NCBI GenBank assembly: GCA_026025075.1
Contig: JAPEUI010000001.1
Location: 62,001-126,000 of the forward strand
DNA length: 64,000 nt
Source of the DNA: Vezdaea acicularis
Lineage: Eukaryota
Direction: 5' to 3'
Positions 13,323-22,842 of this stretch are shown here, one piece after another. A program made the position numbers and the translations under genes. Each line of letters starts with the position of its first letter. Positions within the stretch are counted from its first letter, which is position 1. The notes beneath the pieces were generated by a model. The model made no database searches, had not been told where the DNA came from, and saw nothing but the letters and a program-made list of their open reading frames with translations.

Positions 13323-14762
13323 TCAGTCATCAAACTTGATGCCCTTCCTCCCATTAACATCGATTGCGCCCCCACGATAGCTCCCCCGTTTCTTCTTGTT
13401 TTTTTCCTTTGTGAACCCTTTTCCTCTCGTGATGCTTAGGTCTTGGTACGCGCGTTCTGCATAATCATAAGGAACATAGGCATTTGAGCTGAGCTTAGGA
13501 TTGATAGCAGTTGTGGAAGGGATGCGAGAGAACGCAGTATTCTGCGCCTTCTGTGCTGAAGCTTTCTGCTTCTTAGATATTCCTTCTGATGCTGCAATTG
13601 GCGATTTTGGCCGCTTACGTTTCTTCGTTGATGGAGCATCCGCTTCGGAGGAGTCTGCAGAGGTTGATGTTACTGATGAAGCACTCTCTTGCTCACTTTC
13701 TTTACTTTCGTCGATGGTCGCACTAGAATCCGTAGAGCCTTTGCGACTATTGATAGGCTTTTTCGCTTTAGTCAGTGCCCCTTTAGAGGACCTATCGCTA
13801 TCACTGGTTGGAGGGGACTCCTCCTCTTTGGCCTGCTTGAATGCTTTCGAGGCCGTAACCTTCGATTTGGTATGCTCGCTCTCATCATCGGCGTCACTGT
13901 CTGAGCTTGAGCTTGAGCTTGAACTTGACGAAGCTGATTCTGAGGAACTTTCTTCATCACGGGAAGCGGCTTTCAGTCGTGTCACTGCCTCCACAAATCC
14001 CAGAGTTTTTGATTTTGAAGAATGTGCTTGAGCACTTATGTTTAAGGTACCAAGGGACTTCCCGGACTTTCCACCCTTCAAGGATTTCTTCTTCTTATGG
14101 TTAAGTTTGGTTTCTGCCGCTGATGCCGCTTCCTTCTTCCGTAATTCAGAGTCGTCCTCGCAGTTAGAACTACTGGCGGCACTGGAGGAGGAAAACTCCG
14201 CCAGCTTTTGCTGTGGAGTGTCTTCAATGTTAGTGTCCTCGCCGCTCTCTTCACTCGAGCTTTCATCCACACTGCTACCACCGCTGCTACTAGCCTCGGA
14301 ATCGGCCTTCGGTTCGACTTGCTTTGTTCCCTTCGCAACCGATTCCGCAGCCTTCCTAGCCTTCTTTCTCCTTATACCTGCCTCACTCTGACTGCTGGAA
14401 TCTTTCGTGACATGTTCACTCTCCCATAGTGCATAGAAGTCCTTGAATATACGGGTGAGGGAGGGTAGATCTTTCGGTAGCTTTCGTCCAACTGAATCCT
14501 CCCAACCCTCTATCTTGGCTCGGCCTTGCCGTTCGACAGTAAATAGTCGGCCAGTGCCCGCAAAGTTGTATTCGGTGAGAAAGGCACTAATGAGGTTGAG
14601 TAGAATAGGGGGAGCAGCCACTCTTTCCAATGGCACTGCTATAGGGGGTTTCTTGCCGTCTGCAGTCTTTTCTGCACGTCTCTTCTTCTTCCTGGGTGCG
14701 TTGAGGTCCTGCCCTCCCAGCATTGCAATGTCCCCTGCCAGATTCTTCTTCGACTTTCCCAT
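13323..14762 (-). CDS. SRP40: Nucleolar Srp40/Nopp140-like protein
   Basis: LisH-like N-terminus, alternating Ser/acidic and Lys-rich tracts, and C-terminal SRP40 domain (YAERAYQDLSITRGKGFTKEKNKKKRGSYRGGAID). Confidence 0.92.
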   Translation of the reverse strand: MGKSKKNLAGDIAMLGGQDLNAPRKKKRRAEKTADGKKPPIAVPLERVAAPPILLNLISAFLTEYNFAGTGRLFTVERQGRAKIEGWEDSVGRKLPKDLPSLTRIFKDFYALWESEHVTKDSSSQSEAGIRRKKARKAAESVAKGTKQVEPKADSEASSSGGSSVDESSSEESGEDTNIEDTPQQKLAEFSSSSAASSSNCEDDSELRKKEAASAAETKLNHKKKKSLKGGKSGKSLGTLNISAQAHSSKSKTLGFVEAVTRLKAASRDEESSSESASSSSSSSSSSDSDADDESEHTKSKVTASKAFKQAKEEESPPTSDSDRSSKGALTKAKKPINSRKGSTDSSATIDESKESEQESASSVTSTSADSSEADAPSTKKRKRPKSPIAASEGISKKQKASAQKAQNTAFSRIPSTTAINPKLSSNAYVPYDYAERAYQDLSITRGKGFTKEKNKKKRGSYRGGAIDVNGRKGIKFDD

Positions 14763-15059
14763 CACATGCTATCGAACCAAGATCGCTCAAACTATTAAAG
14801 AATAATACCAGGGAGAGCTTTTGTAGCTCAATCGCGCAAGGGCTGAAAAAATCTTTGAGTGCGTGATTGGGCCAAAGAAGCGCGAACTTTCGCAAAGGCG
14901 GTGAAAATAAAATATTGCACTGTGTGGCAGTCAAACTATTTCAGGCTTAGCCGGGTCTCGGCTAAGTAGAGCACCAGCTCTTTATTCAATTCGCCTCCGA
15001 GAGTGCAATTGTTTGAACAACCTATAAGTCATCACGAATCTAAACAGAGCAGCACGAAG

Positions 15060-18000
15060 ATGTCTGCTCGAAGTCAGGACAATACAGATGAGGCTGGGGG
15101 CTCGGGCTCAGAAAATGAGGTCATCGTCAAGAAGGACGGGTCAATCATAGATCAAACTAGTGGGGCAAATGAGGGTCCGAAACTTAAGACGAAGAAAGAG
15201 AAGGAAAGGGAGAAGAAGGAGCGAGAAAAGCAAAGAAAAAAGGAGCAAGTGAGTTCCTTCAAGTAGAGATTATTCACGCTCTAGTCTTGGGGGTTTTTGG
15301 TCTGACCAGTAATGTCTTCTTTGATATAGGCAAAGAAAAAGGCTGGAGCACCGGCCTCTATAGCACCGGCAAATGTAGAGCCAGTGGAAGCAAAAGTAGA
15401 GCTGAAGGCGGAGACACTTACGTCGTCAGCGTCAGCGGAGTCTGGTGGGAAGAAAAAGAAGTTACCAGCCCACCTCGCGGCACTTCAAAAGAAGCAAGAG
15501 GAGCTTCGCAAACAGGAGGAAGAGAAAGCGAGGTTTGAAGCCGAAGAAAAAGCACGGATAGAAGAGCTTGAAAGGATAGAGGCTGAACAAATAAGGAAAG
15601 CTGAGGAGATCAAGGCAGAAAGGAAAAGGAGGGAAAGAGAGAGGATCGAGCAACAGAAGCGCGAGGGCACGTACATGACCAAGGCTCAGAAAGAAGCTAA
15701 ACTAAAGGCCGAGAGACGCAATCAACAACTCCTTCAAAGTGGAGCAAATGTCAAGGTGGCTGGCCTTGAAGGTGAAACAGAGAAGAAAAAGCCCATTTAC
15801 GACAGAAAGAAGAAGGGCAAAAAGGAGGTAACAGAAGTAAAGGAGAGAGACTTAACCATCCCTGAAGCTGAATTAGAGAAACACTCAGAACCTACCGAAT
15901 TAGATAAGGGAGATCTCAAGGCTCGTCTTGTCTCTGAGGCTACTAAAGAGGAAGACGAGGATGAGGATTGGGAGGCTGCCGCGGACAAGGATGAGGACGA
16001 CATCAAGGATAGCTGGGATGCTCCTTCAGACGACGAAGAAAGGCCTTTGGCAAAGCCCAATGGTAAGTCCCTGAATAACCAGACCCTTCGCGTCCAGCCG
16101 AGTTCAAAGGATGTATCGTCTTCCAACGAGATAAAGCTAAATAAATCAGGTCTCCAAAGAGAAAGTAGGAAGGAAGAGCAGTCAGACTCAGATAGTTATT
16201 CAGAGGAGGAAGACGAGAAGAATCTGAGCTCGGCAGCACGAAAAGCAGCAGCCCAAAAGAAAGCAGAAGCAGCAGAGCGTCGGCAGAAGCAACATGAAGA
16301 AGCTCTTGCTGCACGGTCCAAAGATAATCTCCGGTCACCCATATGCTGTATACTTGGCCATGTCGATACAGGAAAAACAAAGTTACTTGACAAGATTCGG
16401 CAGACAAACGTGCAAGAAGGAGAAGCTGGTGGTATTACTCAGCAGATTGGAGCGACCTACTTTCCCGTTGACGCAATCCGAGAAAAGACTGCTGTGGTAA
16501 ACAAAGATGGAAGTTTTGAGTTTAAAGTTCCAGGCTTACTCGTCATTGACACCCCTGGCCACGAATCTTTCAGTAATCTCAGATCAAGGGGCTCTTCACT
16601 CTGCAACATTGCAATCTTAGTGGTCGATATAATGCATGGACTAGAACCTCAAACTCTTGAATCCATGAAATTGCTTCGGGATCGTCAGACCCCTTTTATT
16701 GTTGCTCTGAACAAGATTGATCGTCTTTATGGATGGAAAACGACACCAAACAACGGCTTTCAAGACAGCTTATCAAGACAAAATAAAAGCGTTCAAAGCG
16801 AATTCAAGACCAGACTAGAGCAGACGAAAGTCGCCTTCGCCGAACAGAGATTCAACGCTGAGCTTTTCTACGAGAACAAAAACATGCGGAAGTACGTCTC
16901 GCTAGTCCCAACCTCAGCCCACACGGGCGAAGGCATACCGGACATGCTCAAACTTCTCATATCCCTGACTCAGGAGCGCATGACGGATAAACTCATGTAT
17001 CTCTCCGAAGTGGAATGCACCGTCCTTGAAGTCAAGATCATAGAAGGTCTTGGTACGACGATCGACGTAATTCTCTCCAATGGCGTCCTCAAAGAAGGAG
17101 ACCGTATTGTGGTTTGCGGCCTTGATGGCGCTATTGTAACCAATATCCGGGCTCTCCTCACACCGGCTCCACTCAAAGAACTTCGTCTTAAGTCCCAATA
17201 TGTACACAACAAAGAAGCCAAAGCATCGCTTGGTATCAAAATTGCAGCGAATGAGCTCGACAACGCAATAGCTGGGTCGCGCCTTCTCGTTGTTGGCCCG
17301 GATGATGATGAAGAAGCCTTAAAAACAGAAGTAATGGCGGACCTCCGCCAGCTCGCCAGCAAGACAACGGCCATGCGTGGCGTTAGCGTACAAGCTTCAA
17401 CCCTCGGCTCTCTTGAAGCGCTGCTTGAATTTCTGCGCACTCAAAAGCCACCTATTCCAGTCGCGACTATCAGCATCGGCCCCGTTTCAAAGCGTGACGT
17501 GATCCAAGCTGGAGCTATGTTGGAGAAAGCTCCCGAATTTGCTATCATGCTTTGCTTTGACGTCAAGGTCGATAAGGAGATCCAGCAATTTGCTGATGAG
17601 CAAGGCATAAAGATCTTCACGGCAAACATCATCTACCATCTCTTCGATGACTTTACAAAACATATGGAAGGCATTGCGGCGAAGCGCAAGGAAGAGAGCA
17701 AACTGAATGCCGTGTTCCCATGCGTGCTCACCCCTATACAGGTCTTCATGAAGAAAGATCCCATTGTCATAGGTGTAGATGTCACGGATGGGAACCTGAG
17801 GCTGCTGACGCCGATTGCAGCAATAAAGACGAACCCTGTCACAGGCGTGAAGGATGTCGTACAGTTGGGCAGAGTGTGCGTGTTTCCCACTTTGCTTTTT
17901 GCACAATTACCGCTACTAACTCATGACAGCACCTCTATCCAACGCGACCACAAAGCACTAGACTCATGCAAGAAGGGAGCCCCATCCATAGCCATCAAGA

Positions 18001-18173
18001 TTGAGGGTCCTAACCAGCCCCTTTATGGGCGCCAGTTAGAGGAGAAGGACATCCTATACAGCCTCATCTCGCGGAACAGCATTGATACCTTGAAGGAGTT
18101 TTATAGAGATGAGGTTAGCAAGCCTGATTGGGCCCTGATCAAGAAGCTGAAGCCTCTCTTTAATATTCCGTGA
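15060..18173 (+). CDS. FUN12: Translation initiation factor eIF5B (3 exons)
   Basis: [25 protein letters not shown] and NKIDRLYGW GTPase motifs. Introns at about 15249-15329 and 17876-17929. Confidence 0.96.
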
Positions 18174-18520
18174 AAATAGTTGGGACAGTGGAAGGCGAAC
18201 GGCATGGGGGATGATCTGGCTTAGCTATCACGCGAGGAGTTTTGCATTGTATCACAAATGTGTACATTCAGTGTTGCCGGGGAGTCTCCAGAAAGCACAA
18301 TTGCAGGGTTTTCCTTCACTTCTACATTTAAAGTAGTCGGGAATATCCTTTTATTAAAATGATAGAGAAGATCAGGATATCTCAACGCCATATCTTGAGC
18401 CTTAGGCCAAACCATTTTGAGAATAGCGAACGCTCCACGCCGCCTATTTACTAGAATAGCCCAAGAGCAAACCTGACTTCATTGAAACAGGTTGCGGTCT
18501 CACATACAGCGCCCGTTTTT

Positions 18521-19798
18521 TCAATGTCCGACAGCTACATCTTCCATCTCCCCAGGTTCGTCTCTTATCCTGTGTCTTATGACGCTTGTGTCGCTCTCTC
18601 CGCTAGTAGTTCTCACCAAACTCTCCCGGCTCTTTCTCGCTTCTCGACGCCCCCAGAAAGGCGAGTGGTTGGTTGCAGCATTCATGGTGCTCTGTCGCCG
18701 AGAGAGGCTAGAAAATCTGCTCATACTATGACGTGATGGGGCTGTCTGGAGAGTGCCTTCACTCTTAACTTCGTCTTCTGAGCCTGTCGATAGAGGGAGC
18801 GGAGATGATGATTCAAAACTTGCGGTTTTTATAGTTGGTATCCTTTCCCTATCACCTTCTTCGCTCTTGTCGTACCTTCCTACTTCCTCTTCAGGCACGG
18901 CGTCGTCATCGGTTGAAGTCATACTTAGTTTGTCCGACGCCGTAGGCGAATATCTGCCCTCCAGTACTTGCGCTGGTACTCGGAAGAGTGGCCTTACTTC
19001 TCCCAGTAAATCTGCGAACCGCTCCATCAGGTCCTCGAATTCCTCTCGTGTGAGTGGGATCCCACTCCATCTCGCCCTTTCGTACCTCTCTACGAACAAC
19101 GCGCCTGCTTCGGCAGGAACCACATTGAGAGATGCAAGTTGTGCAATGTATTCAGGCGCACCTGTGCTTGGTGATCGTTGCAACATAGAGAGTAAGGTTG
19201 GTGGAGGCGGTTGGGGAAGGGCCGCAATGGCGTGCGCCTCAACCAGATGCGGGAGTTCAAGGAGAACCGGCCAGTAGGGGACGTTCGGAAGATTGGGGTC
19301 TGATGGTGGCGAGTAGCCAGGATGGGTGACCCTTATATGATGCCGGTGTGCTGAGGCCGGGTTAGGGCTCCGGTGCGAGAACGACTCTTTATCCTGTTGG
19401 TGCAGCTGTGTTTGCTCTTCCTCTTGGTCGAGAGTACGACTCCTTGGCTTTGCCTCCCACTCAATCTCTGCGCTCCTTTGCATAAACCCCTGGATCATCT
19501 TTCCCACATGGCCCCTCCGCCAACCCTTTTCATGCGTATAATTCCATGAGCGGGGCACCCGACCCAGAACGACGCGCGTGTGGTACAGTCGTTGCGCATA
19601 GATAACTAGAGCAAGAACGAAGGTGATGACATAGGAAGCGCCTAGGATGATGATATTATAGGATTGGTTGTTACGATAGGCTTGATAGATCGTGTCAACT
19701 GGAGTGACTAGAATTAGGATTACTAGGATAATGGCCAGGAAGGTGAAGGTTGTGCTGTAGAATATTAGGAAGAGGGGTATGTGAGGGCGTCGGACCAT
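18521..19798 (-). CDS. DLT1: Defect at low temperature protein 1 homolog
   Basis: Two N-terminal TMs (FYSTTFTFL..LILVTPVDTIYQA; YAQRLYHTRVVL), plus HPGYSPP, ELPHLVEAHA and YERARWSG. Single exon. Confidence 0.78.
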   Translation of the reverse strand: MVRRPHIPLFLIFYSTTFTFLAIILVILILVTPVDTIYQAYRNNQSYNIIILGASYVITFVLALVIYAQRLYHTRVVLGRVPRSWNYTHEKGWRRGHVGKMIQGFMQRSAEIEWEAKPRSRTLDQEEEQTQLHQQDKESFSHRSPNPASAHRHHIRVTHPGYSPPSDPNLPNVPYWPVLLELPHLVEAHAIAALPQPPPPTLLSMLQRSPSTGAPEYIAQLASLNVVPAEAGALFVERYERARWSGIPLTREEFEDLMERFADLLGEVRPLFRVPAQVLEGRYSPTASDKLSMTSTDDDAVPEEEVGRYDKSEEGDRERIPTIKTASFESSSPLPLSTGSEDEVKSEGTLQTAPSRHSMSRFSSLSRRQSTMNAATNHSPFWGRREARKSRESLVRTTSGESDTSVIRHRIRDEPGEMEDVAVGH

Positions 19799-20067
19799 TG
19801 TGGGACATTAAAGGGGTTTTATAGTGGTGTGAAGAGCCATGGTATTAGTTTCAATGGGATAAGAAGATTTGATGGGGGTTTGTGGTAGAGCATATCGTTG
19901 CAGATAAGGAGCTGGAAGAGGTTTCGTTTGTGCTTCGTTTCGCACAACCGAAGGTGTCATATATCGAAACCAAAGATGATGAAGAACAAAATCTCCCCAG
20001 TTGATTATTGAGTTCATTTCAGAGCAGAGTTATCATATGCCAAGAGTATCCCTGCTGTTTCTCATTA

Positions 20068-20115
20068 GTTGTTGCATTGGTTGTTGCATTGGTTGTTGCA
20101 TTGGTTGTTTCATTC
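20068..20115. repeat. 12-bp tandem repeat GTTGTTGCATTG x3 plus a degenerate fourth copy
   Basis: Read directly from the sequence. It lies in the divergent region between DLT1 and the repeat-precursor gene. Confidence 0.9.
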
Positions 20116-20729
20116 CCAAGAAAAGTGCTGACTTACGGAGGTACACGTACAAGTCTTAAAGATTGTTAGCTTGGGCAGAGTGGCAACCCCAGCACCGACG
20201 AAATAGTGCAGGAAACGATTTGTCGGTGCAGGGGTTCCCCCCTGCCCGTGCTAACAATCATTAAGGCCTGTACCTCCGTAGGTCCTAGCTATCGTCGAGT
20301 ATCATATTCTCCCATTTGGGTCTCAGCCTATATATTGACGTTTCGCACCCCCCCAAGCAACCCGCCCGCGAAGGTGATAAACCGAATGTGCCATGTAGGT
20401 TTGAAAGCGTTATCAAACATTCTATGTTTGATAAGGTTACTGGGTCTTCCCTTAATAGAGGTTTTCCTTCTTAGTTAGTATTCTGCCGCACTCTTCAAGT
20501 GTTTCCCGTCGCAGGAATGTTACACCTCCCTCAAATCTTGTTGCTTTCTACCCTTGCCCGCCGAGAATCCATAGTGTAGGACAGGGGTAGGAATAATATC
20601 AAGGATATATATACACACATCTCATTCCCTTTTCATCGGTAGTATCAATTTATCACTCTCCCATCCGAGCATCCTATATCTTCTACAATCCAAACCAATA
20701 CCACAAACGGTCTACCAACTTTCACAAAA

Positions 20730-21160
20730 ATGCGTTACTCATTTGCTTCCACCGTACTCCTTGTGCTGTCAGTAAGACTGGTCTCGGCTGCGCCAGCAGC
20801 TGCCCCAGGTGAAGCGTGCTGGGACGGAGGTGCTCGTTGTGCTGAGTGGAATGATGATGGTAAAGTTATTCTAGAGCAGATGTAATGCGTAAAACCGCTC
20901 ATGTATCCTCAGGAACGTCTGGGGAGGTTGACACAGGAACAACAAATACTAAATGGAATGGCGGTCATGGGAGTGTCTCTGGCTCTTGGGGAAGTAGCAG
21001 CTGGAAGGAGAAACGTGCTGCTGGAGAGGTCGTAACTCCATGGTCGGACACCAAGTGGGATGGTAGGCACGGCAGCGATTCCAACGCATGGGGCACTACT
21101 GAGTGGAAGGAGAAGCGAACTGAGGGAGAAGTCGTGACTTTATATTCAGACACTAAGTAG
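20730..21160 (+). CDS. Secreted Kex2-processed repeat protein (KEP-like peptide precursor, 2 exons)
   Basis: ATG 20730 gives signal peptide MRYSFASTVLLVLSVRLVSA, then APAAAP. Intron 20860-20912 (GTAAAG..GCTCAT..CTCAG). 102-nt repeat units end in KEKR at 21011-21016 and 21113-21118. Stop TAG at 21158-21160. Confidence 0.8.
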
Positions 21161-21316
21161 GATGGTCCACATGGCAGCATTTCCGGCTCATGGGGAAGTA
21201 GTGAATGAAAGAAGAAGCGCTATGAAGGTGCAGTTGACCGGATGTTCGGGTACTAAATGGGTGGTGCACTTGGAAGTCTCTCTGGCACTTGGAGTAGCGC
21301 GGAGTAGAAGAACTAG
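21161..21316 (+). pseudogene. Degenerate third/fourth repeat units of the KEP-like precursor beyond the first stop
   Basis: The frame continues DGPHGSISGSWGSSE*KKKR, with KR again exactly 102 nt later (21215-21220). A fourth unit follows with indels and a TAG at a Trp position. Confidence 0.75.
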
Positions 21317-21517
21317 AGTGGCTGGTTTGCTTGAACCGTTCACAGTTGAGGTATGTGGGGGGCAATACCTTCACAACTTTGTGGAGGATCCTACGTTGGA
21401 GGGCACTCTCTGGTAACATGAAGGGCTTGGGGACCCATGTAGGTAAAGACATACGGCTTTAAGCAATGTATTATTGTAGTTACATCGTGGATCGAAATAA
21501 GTCATTCGGTCCCATCC

Positions 21518-22842
21518 CTAAACGGCATCCGGAAACTGATCATCATAATCAGTTTCACCGTCAAGCAATTTCTTCAAGTTCATCCTCGCACTCCATCTCA
21601 CGAATGAGGTTTCGGCCTTATCTTTCACCTCATCTCCCCAGCTAGAGATATCGCTATACGCGCTCACCTTTCCAGCTGGGCGGTGTTGATTAAATAGTGG
21701 CGGCTGCACCGTCAAGCAATTGAGATACACATAGCCATTTTGGCCCTCACACACAAACCGCAGTAAGATGTCGAATGGATCCTCAAGTTTTTTGATACCT
21801 GCCTCGTACAAAATATGTCGAGCTCCAGCCTGACTAACTGCATAACCGAATGAACAAATATTCTCACGCATGTGGTGGATGAAGCGGGTATGTTGAGGGT
21901 ACAGGGCGCGCGGATCTTCCTCTGCAGGCCCTATGGAGAGGTAACTCATCTCAGGTACTGTCTCATCATTGAGGTGGATAACGCGACCTTTGGAGATTTT
22001 GATGGAGCCCGGCCCCCACTTAGGGTCTTGTGAATCTGGGAATTGAGCCCCGCAGTGGCCAAGCCAGAGGACATCCCAGCCATCCCCATAAGCAGAAATT
22101 GAGGGCGGGATGGTTGAGGGTAAATGATCAAGATAGAAATCGTTAGGTTGGTCTTCAGTACCGGCTGGGGACGGGTAAGTAGGGTCAGCATATCTTAGAG
22201 AGTTTGAGGCCAAAGGTTGGAGCAAAGCACGAGAGGATAGAGCAAAATTATAGAGTTGATGCTTAATCCGTAGGTCCCAATCGACATCGTCCTCGAGAAT
22301 AAGCGCACTGGAAAGGTTCCGCTCGACAACCCTATAAATGAAACCTTGTAAGTGAAGGATAGAGAAGATAAGAGCTATACGCAAGGGGTTTTTTGAGACC
22401 CACGTTTGAAGAGCATTCATATGTGCACGCCAGCTTCCAATATTTCCTTTGGAAAAATCCTCTGGACGGTTCCCTGGTGGAAGTACCTTATCCAACACAT
22501 CGTCCCCCCGCACACCATTCACCCAACTGAGATGAACGTTGCTCAAAGCCGCGGTCAATGTCAATGCATCACGGTGGTCCGTCCGCGAAGGCAGGTTGAT
22601 TACAAATATATCCTCGAACTATCATACTCGGCTTCAGTAGACTCGCGCCTGATGGTGAGTGATCTTACCCCTAATGTTGAATTGAAGATATCATCGTATA
22701 GCTTATTCAAGGTCTTCCTGTAAGGATAAATTGGAGGCCGAAAACTTGAGTGCCTGACATGTTGAGATGCGAGAAACAATAGGACCGAGAATAACACTCC
22801 GCCAATCAGCAGTGTAGTCGTACGAGGCAAAGAGGAGATCAT
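21518..22842 (-). CDS. Glycosyltransferase family 25 protein, type II membrane (3 exons)
   Basis: N-terminal TM (LLIGGVLFSVLLFLA), NSTLG..INLPSRTDHRDA, GNIGSWRAHMNAL, ALILEDDVDWD (DxD-like), WDVLWLGHCG and YAVSQAGARHILY. Confidence 0.88.

Noticed and set aside
20730..21160. Alpha-type mating pheromone precursor (ppg1/ccg-4)
   Set aside because: Pezizomycotina alpha-pheromones are ~9-11-aa WCxxxGQxC-type repeats. Here the repeats are 34 aa and Cys-free, and the single CWDGGARC loop does not fit.
20913..21316. CRISPR-like or non-coding repeat array
   Set aside because: The 102-nt period is in frame, with synonymous variation and no unique spacers, so it is a protein repeat in a eukaryotic gene.
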